A stretch of 64,000 bases of DNA from Chiloscyllium plagiosum (taxonomy: Eukaryota): contig NC_057749.1 of the NCBI RefSeq assembly GCF_004010195.1, forward strand, positions 8,449,423 through 8,513,422. The letters run 5' to 3'. Positions 13,690 to 26,249 of the stretch are shown here, piece after piece (within the stretch, counting starts at the first letter, position 1; each line of letters begins with the position of its first letter). Below the pieces are notes generated by a model, which searched no databases, was not told the DNA's origin, and worked only from the letters and a program-made list of their open reading frames with translations. The translations under genes were made by a program, and so were the position numbers.

Positions 13690-13960
13690 CAATGGCCTAA
13701 TGGTATTATCACTGGACTATTAATCTAGAGACCCTGATAATGTTCTGGGGACCCAGGTTTGAATCCTGCCATGGCAGATGGTGGAATTTGAACTTAACAA
13801 ACAAAAATCTGGCATTAGGAGTCTAACAGTGACCACAAAAAGCCCTTATTGGAAAAACCACCTGGTTCACTAATGCTCTTTAGGAATGGAATCTGCCATC
13901 CTTACTTGGTCTGGCCTAAATGTGACTCCAGACCCACAGCAATGGGTTGACACTTGAACC
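13690..13960 (+). mobile_element. tRNA-derived SINE, second shark family (other copies ~15607-15935 +, 33945-34590 + split by HE1, 56215-56430 +, 58005-58290 -, 58620-58890 +)
   Basis: Shared body ggcagatggtggaatttgaa...ctggttcactaatg...ctgccatccttac..ggtctggcct..atgtgactccaga and a B-box GGTTCAAATCC. Confidence 0.8.
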
Positions 13961-13964
13961 TTGC

Positions 13965-14790
13965 AGCTCAGCAGAAAGTTATTTCCAGACGTTTCATTAC
14001 CCTACTAGGTAACATCATCAGTGGGTCTCATGCAAAACAGTGCTGAAAATACCTGCTTTCTATTTATCTGTTTGGGTTTCTTTGGGTTGGTGATGTTATT
14101 TCCTGTGGTGAAGTCACTTCCTGTTCCTTTTCTCAGGGGGTGGTAGATGGGGTCTAACTCGATGTGTTTGTTGATAGAGTTCTGGTTGGAATCTATGCTT
14201 CTAGGAATTCTCATGCATGTCTTTGTTTGGCTTGTACTAAGATGGATGTGTTGTCCCAGTCGAAGTGGTGTCCTTCCTCGTCCGTATGTGAGGATACTAG
14301 TGAGAGGGGGTCATGTCTTTTTGTGGCTAGTTGGTGTTCATGTATCCTGGTGGCTAGCTTTCTGCCAGTTTGTCCAATGTAGTGTTTGTTACGGTCCTCG
14401 AACAGTATTTTGTAAATAACATTAGTTTTGCTTGCTGTCTGTATAGGGTCTTTCAAGTTCATTAGCTGCTGTTTTAGTGTGTTGGTGGGTTTGTAACCCG
14501 CAAACCTACCAACACACTAAAACAGCAGCTAATGAACTTGTAAGACCCTATACAGACAACAAGCAAAACTAATGTTATTTACAAAATACCATTCTAGGAT
14601 TGTAACAAACACTACATTGGACAACAGGCAGAAAACTAGCCACCATAATACATGAACTCCAATTAGCCACACAAAGACATGACCCCCTCTCACTAGTATC
14701 CTCACATACGGACGAGGAAGGACACCAGTTCGACTGGGACAATACATTCATCCTGGATAAGCCAAACAAAGAAACACACGAGAATTCCAG
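13965..14790. mobile_element. Penelope-like element, inverted GIY-YIG/3' copies
   Basis: NVIYKI...HYIGQTGRKLATRIHEHQLATKRHD (GIY-YIG) occurs on both strands about a centre near 14497. Confidence 0.92.
13985..14024 (-). ncRNA. Minimal type-I hammerhead ribozyme motif of a Penelope element
   Basis: CCA-CUGAUGA-U-GUUACCU(AGUA)GGGUAAU-GAAA-C-GUC-UGG: complete core, stem II, GUC triplet and CCA/UGG stem I. Confidence 0.8.
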
Positions 14791-14961
14791 AGCTGCTGAG
14801 TTTTTTCCAGCAGTTTCTGTTTTTGTTACTAGTTTAGTTTTACCTGGAGTATGATGACCATTTCTGGGTGCAGCATTTTAAGAAGACTGTGAAGGGGCCA
14901 AGTGTCTACCTTCATTTCTAATACATATTGCAGAGGGTGCAGGAGGGTTACAAGACGGTAG

Positions 14962-15283
14962 TGGTACAGTGGCTCAGTGGTTAGCACTGCAGCCTCACAG
15001 TGCCAGTGTCCTAGGTTCGATTCCACCCTTGGGGGACTGTCTGTGTGGAGTTTGCACATTCTCCCCGAATCTGCGCGGGTTCCTTCCGGGTGCTCTGGTT
15101 TCCTCCCACTGTCCAAAGGTGTGCAGGTTAGGTGAATTGGTCATGCTAAATTGTTCATAGTGTTCAGGAAGGTGTAGGTTAGGTGCATCATTCAGGGGGA
15201 ATGGGCGTGTGTGGTTACTCTTCGGAGGCTCGGTGTGGGCTTGTTAGGCCGAATGGCCTGTTTCCACACTGTAGGGATTCTAT
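14962..15283 (+). mobile_element. HE1-type SINE
   Basis: tRNA head, core, and GGCCTGTTTCCACACTGTAGGGATTCTATGA tail. Confidence 0.9.
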
Positions 15284-16230
15284 GAAGACAAGTTTCTCGG
15301 GTGAGGAACTTCAGATTAGAGAATGTGGGACTACTCGCCCTTGAGAAGGCAGTGCAGAAATAGATTGAAATATTCAATTCATGGTGAATCTGGACTGAGT
15401 AAATAGGGAGAATGTTCCCCTCATGTGAGGATTAAGAGAAAAGGAGAACAGATTTAAAATGGTTTGTAAAAGGAGAAAAAATAAAACATTTTCACGTAAC
15501 AAGTGGTCTAATTTAGAGTGTACTGCTTCAGAGTCTGATTGAGTCAGGCTCGATTCAGGTATTCAAAAAGGGATGTGAGACTGGCATTTGAAAAGGATGA
15601 ATGGGGAGGCAATGGCCTCATGGTACTGTGGCTGGTTGTTAATCCAGAGACCCTGGTAATTTTCTGGGGACCTGGGTTCAAATCCTCCGATGGCAGATAG
15701 TGGAATTTGAATTCAATGAAAAAATCTGGAATTAAGAGCCTCACCATGACCATGAATACATTGCTGATGATCAGGAAAACCCTTCTGGTTCACTAATGCT
15801 CTTTCAGGGAAGGAAGCTGCCATCCTTACCTGGTCTGGTCTATATGTGACTCCACAGCAATGGGGTTGACTCTTTGACTGCCCTCTGGGTAATTCTGGCC
15901 TGGCCAGTGGTGCCCACGTCCCATGAATGAATGAAAAAGAAACATGTGCAAGGTCACGGCTGGGAGCAGCAGAACTATGCTCAGAGAGCTGGCATAAACT
16001 CGATGAGCCGAAAGGCCTCCTTTGCCGACTTGTAACAATTCTGAGATTCTATGGATGCTTTCCAAACACAGCAGTTCAGCGATCCCAACCCAAGATTCCA
16101 GCTAGCACATTAAACGGACCTCAGCCTTAGCCTTTCTGAGGCACATGACTTGCTGCACAGTAAACATGGGAGACATAATAATCCCTGCATCTGGCAAGCA
16201 CAAGGCAGGCTCAAGTCTTTTAAAGCATTG

Positions 16231-16236
16231 TTTATT
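16231..16236 (-). terminator. Distal polyadenylation signal AATAAA
   Basis: tttatt on the + strand at the edge of the repeat-free block, followed on the - strand by a GU-rich stretch. Confidence 0.55.
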
Positions 16237-17649
16237 TTAATTTGCCATACCAATAACATACAAAAAATAAATGCAATTTAATAAAATGTAGTTAACTCTA
16301 TGTATTGCACAGAAAGAATATTTAGTCTTTATATTTTGCATACACTGTGTAAATTGAAAACTTAAAGACAGCTTAAGAATTAGATGGCCATGTGGCCCAG
16401 TGCATTTTCACAATCCATTGTAAGTTCCAGAAAACACAACACAACACACAGGTCACATTCAATGTTAACTACATCTTCACTGCCCATATTCTCAGAAACG
16501 TGATGGGCAAGCTAGTGTATCGAACATTAAACTTCTTTCCATACGAATTTTTTAAGCTTCCCTTTTCTGAGTTCTTTGAAAGATGACATTTAACTTGGAG
16601 TAGGCGTACAGCAATGCAGTTGTTCAGGCAATTAATTCAAACTTATCTTCGCAATTACTGCTGAAGCTGAATACAATTGTGTCACTTTCCTGAGAAATCA
16701 TTTCTACTTCTGGCCAGAAAGAACATGTTACTATATCCCTTTACTGTATAATGAGCCTGAGAGTTGCAGCTCCCCAGTTGAATTATGAATTAAATACACT
16801 TAACAGCCATGCATATTGGATGCTATAGTGTATTTTAGCAAGGGCCTCCCTAGCATATTTGTAATATTTCTCCTTCTGTACAATAAAATCCACAGCCTGT
16901 CTAGAGACATGTGGATAACAACATTAATAATTGACGATAGTGATTACCAGACAATCAGTGCTCCAATCAGACTCGTTTTCTTTAGCAGCATGTTTCATTT
17001 TGGCTGAAACTGCTGATCCTAACTCCTGCCAACCACTCCTCTCCCCACCAAATTTAATCTGAAAAGGCACCACTAACTCCTATGCTTAGTGTATCACAAT
17101 AAATGCAAGAGACCTGCACATACAGATGCATATTGAGAATGCATCCAACACCACACTACACCTAAACAAGAGTATGCAATCATCTCCAGGATAAAGATTC
17201 AACTGCAATTAAGCACAGATGAATTCAGCTACAAGATGTACGAAGTAACTGTCCCAGAAACGGGGCAGCTCATAATCCAACCCCGAGAAATGTAATCATC
17301 AAAAAAAACTTGCCAGAATCATAATGTCTTTAATCGATAGTGACCACAAAGATTGAGAGATTTCAGCAGTCTCTCCTCAGAGGTTTAGAGTACAGCATTA
17401 AATAGATAAGTTGATGTGGATGAATTAATTGAGAAAATTATTAAACTTCATCTCACATTTCAGTAGAACAAAGTTGGATTTAGTTTGGAAAATATTGAAT
17501 AATACCCCTTCTCCAACATCATAGCCTTCCAACACCAGGTTTGAATATTCCTCGACGGTGATCTTAACTATTAAATATAATGAACTAAATTACAGCAGGT
17601 ACCAGCCACCATAATAAACAGCAATTGGTAAACAGAATTAAAGTTTAAC

Positions 17650-17659
17650 TTTATTTATT
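17650..17659 (-). terminator. Proximal overlapping polyA signals AATAAATAAA
   Basis: tttatttatt on the + strand, with U-rich downstream sequence on the - strand. Confidence 0.5.
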
Positions 17660-20643
17660 ACAAAATGTTTTGCTACTCCTGAGCAAAGCAATTAAATAGA
17701 ATTAATGGACATTAAAATAATTTTATAGACCTTTGCAACATCTCACATGTATATCCAAGTGGTGGGAAGTTATATAGTGTTGAGATTTTTACTCCAAAGC
17801 TTTTTGAGTTCTCTGCCTTTCCCCATGTTTCTACTTTGCACTAATATTTACAGTGTAACCTCAAAGCTAAAGAACCAAGGTGCTGACTATTTTATTATCA
17901 AGGCTGTGTGATGCTGATTCATTTAATTTCCCTTATGGTTTAAACATTAAATGACTTCCAGTTTACTAACTATTCACTCTTTAATTAGTCACAAATATAT
18001 GAGCAGCTGAAAGCCACAATTTAAGATGCTCAAACACAATAACGCCAGGTTTATATTCTGCTTAAAGACACAAGTAACTTTGGTAACTTATAAGCAAACT
18101 TCCAAAGGAAAATCAGAAGTACTAACAGAGCTGGACCAAAGAATTTTCAAAAAATTAAAAATCCAGACTTCACATCAGTGACATAACTAAATCTGAACAA
18201 ACTGAATGAGAAAGCAAAAATAAAAAACAAATAAACGACACATCCTCAAAGCAAGGAGGACCAAGATGCATATTTCATAACTGTCCAGTCTGTTAATAAA
18301 TGCTCCATTAGGTCTCTGGAGAAAGGAGAGGACTGACAGGTAGTCAAAGTGTAAGAGACCAAACTAGTCTAACTCTAAACAAACTTCTGGACCCTCTCCT
18401 AGCTCAAAACAGGCTGAATCTTCATAAAGAAATGTAAAAGTATGTAATGGATGTTTTAACCCAAGAGTGATCTGGGGAAGACAGCAGATGGCCGAAGAGA
18501 GTGGCAATATCCCACTACAGGATACAGACATGGGCAGTCATTGTACAGACAGGTGTGAGTAGCAAGTGCATCTCACTACAGACAGTTCAATTTTGTTTGG
18601 TTCAAGTTCAACATTTAAGCAAAAGCGCATGTAAACACAATGCATTGAGATAAAGAACTGATATGAAGGCAAGAATTAAAGTGCATCTGATGTTGCTGCA
18701 TGCAAACTAAACATACCAGACATAAATACTCCAAGTACCTCAGAAAAGCCCTTTTCCTAACCAATCAGTTGTAGTACTTAATATGGTGGGATTGCAAAAT
18801 CTGATCTCTTTGAAATCACAGTCGTCTCTTACTTTGTGGCTAATTCAATGTAGTATCCATTATTGAAATAAATTGTTCTAAAATCATTAAACATGCTTAT
18901 GGATTACAATAGAATCGAGTAACCAGCCTAGATAAACTGCTCATTATTTTCCCATTACCATTTAATATACATCATGTCACTGTCATATGAAATAAGATTG
19001 GACATATCACTAGGTACACCCATAAAATCCCAATCAATTAGACTGCAATCAAACGAGCGGCCTCAACCCCTCTCCTCAACATTTAATTTGACAAATTACT
19101 ATTAAGAGCAAGTAATCTGCTGTTATCCAAAAGTCAGCCAGCTCACTGCACCTTCCATTGGTAAGTAATGGTAAATGGGTTGCAAAACACAATGCTTACG
19201 GTAGCCAAACGATGCTGCGCTGTGCCAAAATTTACACAAAGTTTACCTTCTGTCTGGCTCCCTCTTTCATACCATGAGCTTAGCAAGAATGGCGAATAAG
19301 CAGTTTCCCGATTCCCTGTAATTAGCAGTCCAAGTATTACTTACAATAAATGACTTCCTTCCATTTTCTCACACACCCATTCTACTCTCTCCGCCATCCC
19401 ATCATCCTCTGCAGGAACAGCTACAATGTTTTCATCCCCTTTAATGGATAGCATGTCAAAAAAAACCCTGAAACTTATTGAAACGGGCCAGAGGGAAAAA
19501 ACAGTGTGCTAATCAACAGAAACATTTTCTAAGCATAGGGCCCAGGTACTAAGTGTCCAAAATTATTCAAAAGGTTCTAATTTAGCTTCACAATATTTTG
19601 GAACTAAACATTAATACTGTCAATAAGAAATCTTTGTTCACGTCAAAATAAGAACAAATTCTGATCATACCTATGTAGTGTCAACTCAATCCAAACTGAG
19701 CGTTGTTTAGGTGATGCACTGTATAAGCTACGGCATCATCAAATGCTAATGTTCAATGCATATGATCTACATATAAAGACTGCAACTCAGGGCAGATTTT
19801 AGCCATTTTCCTCAGCTTCATTTCAGTATCCCACCACTGCCTGATGACAGAAAATAAACCTGAAAGGAATTTTTTTTTTTCTCAGATTTGCTACAACTCC
19901 CCCAAAGCCCAGCCCTCTCAGCAATGCTGTTTGCCCATCAGAAACGTAAGCTAGTAACATAACTACTGCCCTCACCATGCTTCATTCCTAGCTTGCCCAC
20001 TAAATTTACTCATCTGTGGAATAAAATGGTCCTGTCCTTTAATATGCCAATCCTGAAGACATCCGTGCAAAATACCATTTTCCAGCATCCGTTGTAAGCC
20101 TATGGAATTGGAACCAGCACTTTTAAAGTTACATAGAAGCACCCCACTCTATGACCAAACTGCACAATTTCACTGCCAACCTCTGTGTGTAGTCCCACTC
20201 TACTCTAGTATTCAGTTTTCTCTGTTTTGAAAGGTTCCCTTCCTTTGGATTAGTGAATAAAGAAGGGAAAGATCAATTAAGCTTGGGTGTGAATTTCAAG
20301 CCAGCATTAGGTAATAATAACTTTGTTACGCTACTGGCAAAATGAGTAGTGTAATATAGAGAAATTAGTAATAGCTTTTAAGCTGTCATCTCAGGCCTAA
20401 TTTCAGTTATAAATGGTATTTGATTTAAGGGGGTTAGGCCAAATTTAATGAAAGTGATTAGCAGTTGCAATGACCCAAATAATATTTTTAAACAGGATCC
20501 TATCATGCTAATGTCTTTTCTCAGTTTATAATCTCTTTTAAACAAGTTCAGCCAAAATATATATATACACAATATATATATTAAAAAAATTTAATTGCCT
20601 AAAATGGAATTATCTTTCGACATGGTAGTGGGGGTGGCAATAA

Positions 20644-20802
20644 CTACTGGACAGTACAAGAACTTTCTGCCTGGCAACAAGCGCAGGCTGACGAGGTAAC
20701 AGGCTTAGGAGGAATGAGGTCGAGATCTTCATCGTCCGGTATTTCGTCCAGATGATAACCATCTTTCAGGAGCTGCCGGTTCAGGTCCTGATTAACTTGC
20801 TG
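20644..20802 (-). CDS. FAM219B: FAM219B last coding exon (QQVNQDLNRQLLKDGYHLDEIPDDEDLDLIPPKPVTSSACACCQAESSCTVQ*)
   Basis: Acceptor tctcttccag, FAM219 signature DGYHLDEIPDDEDLDLIPPKP, TAG stop at 20646-20644. The spliced CDS is 564 nt (187 aa). Confidence 0.96.
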   Translation of the reverse strand, partial: QQVNQDLNRQLLKDGYHLDEIPDDEDLDLIPPKPVTSSACACCQAESSCTVQ

Positions 20803-21732
20803 CTGGAAGAGAGAATGGCCAAACAGAAGTAAAATAGGGGATCAAACACAATATCGCACACACAGCAAGGGCACCTCAAAGTACAGCAAAAACTATACAC
20901 CTCAAATACCACAATGTCGGAGTACTAATGCTGTAAATAAAAGATGACAGTGGTGCGTGTACTCTCCACATTATGATTCTATTAATTGATGTGTTCTTTT
21001 ATATTGATGTCAGGTGGTGCATAGATGTTTCTAACATGGATATTTTGAGGTATTTTGATGTCTCAAAGCTTCACTTGTTTAGGGCTTACTGGTTAGGCAT
21101 ACCTCTTGATTATTCGGAATATTTGATTAACTTCCTGGTCCTATAAATGCCAGTTAATAAAGCGTTTGTTACAGTAAGGGACCAAAGGGGAACTGGAAGA
21201 TATCTGCATCTTGATTCTAACTATCTGAGGGGTGATATACAGATATGAGAATGTTGACGAATTTTTAATTCCATATTTAAAATGTTCTGCCATCTCACTG
21301 ATCTACCCCTCAAAAGCAGCTCAGGATGTGGTAAGGATGCATGCAGCTGCCAAACATGTGCCAGAGTGACTGAGCTTTTCAATTTACCCTTGCATGAATG
21401 CCATTTACATGCCCCTGCACTGCTTTATCCAGACTGCAACCTCCAATTTGTTTCTCAAATGTTACATTTGCGTTTCAGATATTTGCTTTTCTTTTGCATT
21501 CCTGGTGGTTTACCTTTTGATGCAAATTTAACATGGCGACCACAAAAAGCGTGTGTGGAAAAAAGCATTAACTTTCAGCTCCACTCTACAGCCCATTGGG
21601 TGCAATGGTCCTGAAAGCAACACTGGAATAGCACTGGTGGCAAGTAGCACTGTAAACACATCTGGGAGCTCCCTGTAACACCTCACAACCAGCTCAATTA
21701 ATAAAGTAAAATAAGTGCATGGGTCAGCTCAC

Positions 21733-21787
21733 CTCTGCAGAGGAATAGCCTGATGAGGAATAATACTTAGACTCAAATTCACCATCA
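21733..21787 (-). CDS. FAM219B: FAM219B coding exon 5 (DGEFESKYYSSSGYSSAE)
   Basis: Acceptor ctctgctcttttccag, donor GAG|gtgagc, 55 nt. Contains the conserved YSSSGYSSAE motif. Confidence 0.95.
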
Positions 21788-21879
21788 CTGGAAAAGAGCA
21801 GAGAGAGATGAGCTTGCAGTGTGAAAGATTTAATAAAACAACTTATATATGGCTTTCACAATCATAGATTACAAATAGT

Positions 21880-22250
21880 CTTGCTCATTAAAAAAACCTG
21901 CAGTCACCGTTTGAAAATAAGAAATGCATCAGCCAACTTACACACAGCAAGCTCCCACAAAAGGAAGTATAAGGACCAGACTTTATTTTCTTGTGACGAT
22001 GAAGAGATGAAGAGACAAATATTCACTAAAATAACAGGGATAATTTCCCAGCTGCTCGTCAAAATAGTGCCATGGGTTGTTTTAAGTTCAACAGAGAGTG
22101 CAGATGGGCCTTTATTTAACATTTTACCAAAGAATCAGCACAACCAGCACTGCCCTGGAGTATCAGGTTTGTATTTTTTTGTGCTGAAGTGGGACTTGAA
22201 CCCACATCATCTGACTCGAAGACAAATCGAGTCAAACCTGGCACCACTAA
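21880..22250 (-). mobile_element. Ancient DeuSINE-like copy in intron 4 (partial relative at ~30740-30905)
   Basis: The minus strand has GGGTTCAAGTCCCACT (B box), a cccatggcactatttt-gagcag core and a tgtgggagcttgctgtg tail, as in AmnSINE/SacSINE-type SINEs. Confidence 0.65.
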
Positions 22251-23684
22251 ATGACACTGTTCAATAAATATTTCTGGCTTAAAATGTTATTGAAAATATT
22301 CCCATCTCTGTACAAATTTTGCTACAAAATTGATGGTTTTAAATTATAAAAATATATCTGCTGCAGGAACTTGCAAAGCAAATGTTGCTTAAGTTTACAT
22401 CAGTGGAATGAACACGTCTGTCAAAGCTTTAATAAATGTTATGAAGGAAATTTTCAACAATGCTCCAGCAGCCTGAAGCAGTACTTCACAGCAGGAATTA
22501 GCAGCAATCAAACACAGCATAGATCTCTGTCCTGCATCAAGCTTTGATCATTTTAATGAAACTTTCAAAATTAAATATTCAGTGATTTGAGGGGATTTTC
22601 AGAGCCCAGTAATACAATGCTGAAGTCAAATACTGCATAGGTGCTATGTAAGGTTTTATAGAATTTTTAAAAATTACATCAGGGGTTTTTATTAATCAGT
22701 ATCAGAATATAAATTGATATTCTATTTCACATAGTCCTAATGGCAATGGTCCATATTTCAGCAATACAGGTCATGCTCCCCTTATCCATATGGGATTATC
22801 TGATCCTAGGCAAGACGTCTGGTATAAACCTAGGATCAGAGGAGAATATATTAAAAAAAACGGCAACAGTCCTGCTTGATACTGAATCGGGCTGAAATTG
22901 AATGCAGACAGGGCAGGGCAAGACAAGACACTTACTTTAAATTAATTCCTTCATGAGATTTGTTGCCCTTCCCCAGTTTCACCTGAGAAGGTAATATTAT
23001 GCCCTTATGGTATATTCAGCTACCCCAAACCCATTGTTGCCCCAAAACAGGCCTTTTTATTTTAATTGAACAAAATCTTTTAAAACTAATTTACCTAGAT
23101 AACACGGTTAACCAGTGCATTGGTGTGGTGTGGTTCCAAACTAGTTACTGATTTTGCTGATTTACACTACACTCCACGAGACACTTGACCACATCCAGTC
23201 TGGCTTGATGCAAACTGCCCATAGCCCAAACAAAAATCTCAAAAATACACAAGTTGAGCCCCAAGGGTGCTAGATGTGAGGACATGTGCTGACCAATCAG
23301 CTTACTGACAGTACTGTCATAAAGACTTCCAGAAACAACTTTAGGAGGACATCCTGATACTTGCAGACCTGCAACCCTGTGAAATAACCAGTCCATTCAG
23401 GCATAGGAAGAGGCTAAAGTGTCCAAGTGTAGAGAATTCATTAGTAAATAGGTCCTGAAACATTCTGCTACTAGTTCTGAACCAGAATTCAGTGGGCTAT
23501 AAATCTGGCCGATAGTTCTGATCCTCTCACATACATTTTAAAATGACCATTTAATCACTTCTCAATTTAGCTAACCATATTCTCTTTCAAGCTGGGTGGT
23601 GCACATCATATGGATCTAGCCTTTCATTTAGAATTCTCAATCCATAAAAAGACAACAAATCGATGGTTAGGATCGAATCCTTAC

Positions 23685-23762
23685 CTGTCAGACTCTAAGG
23701 AGACTAAAGATTCATCCGGATTTTGTTTCAGGGCAGAGTAACCTTTATTGAATTTTACTAAT
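23685..23762 (-). CDS. FAM219B: FAM219B coding exon 4 (LVKFNKGYSALKQNPDESLVSLESD-S)
   Basis: Acceptor ctttcattatag, donor AG|gtaag, 78 nt. VKFNKGY..L...PDE.LVSL is diagnostic of FAM219B. Confidence 0.95.
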
Positions 23763-24989
23763 CTATAATGAAAGAAAGGGCAAACAGAATTAAGCTGAAA
23801 TTAAAAGTATTAATTGAATACAACTGATATCTCTCCCATTACTCAGCTTGCAGATGGTGAGTATGGTGTTTAGCTGTCCCTGTTCTAACAGTACAAGGGA
23901 AAACAAGTGTCAATTCTAGGGTAGGTACAACACTGTCTTTCTGTAATATCGTTTTTAGAAGTGTAGAAACACCTCTGCAGCCAAGAAAGATGTCACCATT
24001 GCACCATCAGCCGCTGATTTCAAAGGGCTTGGAACATGACAGCTTTGAAAGCGAAAAGAAAACCTTGGAATCCTTCCAGCTGGAACTGGGAGTGGGAATG
24101 CTGCTGCATTTTGAATCGAAATCCAGGGATATATTTGAATTTAGTTAATAATGTTTGGAGTTGTCCTTTTCATAACTTTACTGAGCTTCCAGTCCAGTTT
24201 TGTCTAATGTTAGAGACAACAGGCGGAATTGCTATTTGAACTAGTCACTAACTTTAAATGAGAGCAATACAATCAAATTTTGAAAATTCAACTTCAACAG
24301 ATGATGGGAAATTTAAAATTGAAAAGTTTGAAAAATCATGTGAAATTTAAAATCTGGTTGATTTAAGTTTATACATGCATTGCAGCAGGTCGGCAAAAGC
24401 TGATTAGAATGGAGAAAAGAACATGCCTGATTTTGGATCAGTCATAATTTGCAAGATACGATTAATCCTAACCAGAAATTAATTGCAATGAAAAACGTTG
24501 ACAAAATAAAATAAAAATGAAAAAACAATGGCTTACCACTTATAACAATGAACACTGCAAAAGTCATCAGGTGACAATGAAAGCTTATCACTTGGAACAT
24601 GTCTAAAAACCTCTTGATGAATGGTTGTTTAAAATCATTTCATTTAATATTACAGGAAGATACCCAAATGAAGATGTCCTCTGGTCCTGTTCTTGCTGGA
24701 GTCCTTTGAGATCGCTGCCCCATCTATTTGGAGCCAATAACTGCAGATATGGAAGAATGCAAATCTGTTGCTGAGTTTAAACTGCAAATTCCTGTAAAGT
24801 GCGTGCGCGGAACTATTCCTCAATTTGAATCAATTTGATTCCTACATTATGTGGAGGACTCCAATATAACCAACACATATCTGTTACGTAACACAAATAT
24901 CAGGGGGGGGCATCCTCCCTAGAGGAAATGTTAATATGTAGGATCAAAATATTTCTAGTCTCAACTTCAGTCACCTTACAAAGAGTCTT

Positions 24990-25100
24990 ATGACGCAGTA
25001 ATAGTGTCCCTACGGCTGAACCAAAAGACCTAGATTCATGTATCGCCTGCTCCTGAGGTACATTATAACATGTCTGAATAGGTTGATTAAAATATCTACA
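24990..25100 (+). mobile_element. Short tRNA-like SINE (related copy ~44045-44160)
   Basis: Both copies share gtccct..gagcca.aag.cc...acctgc.cc.gaggtacatta...ctgaa.aggt.gatta.aaa. Confidence 0.6.
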
Positions 25101-25599
25101 TACAGTCAAATTATGCTTACTGCAACTCGAGGGGACGGAAATGAGTGAAGGAGTAAATACGGTCACTTGTAAATGTGTGACTATGACGAAGCAGATAAGT
25201 GTGACATCTGGAACACTACAGATCAGGAACTATCTTAACAATCTCATCTTATAGCAGCTTCAGAATCAAGCTTAAGTCATTAGTAACAGTTCTTCGAAAC
25301 AGCTGAGTTTGTAACTTTCTCTGACCCAGGAAAGTGATAAAGGCTAACTTGCTTCAAGCTCATTCTATTTTATGCATCAGGGCCATTGATGGAAATTAAC
25401 TATCCACATCCTCTGTATGACACAAAAGTTGAAAAACTTACTGCACCAAGATTTTCATGCAAGTTTCCTCTAATAGCAAATGTTAATACTGCAAGAATTG
25501 CATTTGCTCAGTTCTGAGCTCTTTGTAAATTTCTGTTTTACACAACAGCTCATGAGGAAGAATGTACTGGCTTTCCCTTTTTGTCCTCTCCCTTTCACT

Positions 25600-25925
25600 C
25601 ATCTCCTAAAGCAGATGCAGGACGGACGCTCCCAATTGCAAGGGAGTTCAGGGGTCACAGTCTAACAACATGGGGTAAACCATTTGGGGCACAGATGAGA
25701 AATATCTTCATCCACAGTCTGGTGAATCTGTGGAAGTCGCTACAAAAGAAAGCAATTGAAGCCACAACAATGTATGATTTCAAGAAAGAGTTGGATATAT
25801 TACCTGGAGCTAAAGGGATTAAAGTATATGAATGAAAAGCAGAAACAGGCGATTGAGTTAGGTGATCAGCTGTTATCATAATGGATGACAGGACCTACTC
25901 TTGCTCCTATTTATTATGTCTCTCA
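25600..25925 (+). mobile_element. CR1 3' end fragment
   Basis: VNLWKSL..A.EA....FKKELD motif and 3'UTR. Confidence 0.75.
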
Positions 25926-26249
25926 CTGAGAGATGACTGCACCTTTGCCAGCGCTGTCTTTTCAAGCTAATTTTGCATCCTCATTCTCCATAATGGGATG
26001 CCTCATAGATCTTCCAATTGTATCTTTTCCTTAATGATTTAACATTAATGTGCTTGTACTAAACTGATTTAATAGATTGATAACCTTTCCAGAGGTGCTA
26101 TAGTTAAAACCTATCGCAATATTGAAGCACATTTAGAAAAAGGTGTCACTGGTTACCTATTTATTTATATATCAAAAATCCTGCACAATACATCCATTCT
26201 TGCAAGCATCACAGTTCCCTCTTAGCCTACCTTGCTGCTGTAAAACAGA

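Larger units (their letters stand above)
16210..20643 (-). other. FAM219B: Putative long 3'UTR of FAM219B
   Basis: About 4.4 kb with no recognisable TE directly after the stop codon, ending at an AATAAA. Repeats resume just beyond it. Confidence 0.6.

Noticed and set aside
14962..15030. tRNA-like sequences with A and B boxes
   Set aside because: They are SINE heads that continue into SINE core and tail, not tRNA genes.
1..16200. Exons of the mammalian FAM219B neighbours (MPI, COX5A)
   Set aside because: I found no recognisable coding exons for them on either side within this window.
24664..24791. Possible cassette exon in intron 3 (tttacag...GG|gtatct), open in the FAM219B frame
   Set aside because: Weak pyrimidine tract and donor, 128 nt breaks the frame, and there is no homology support.
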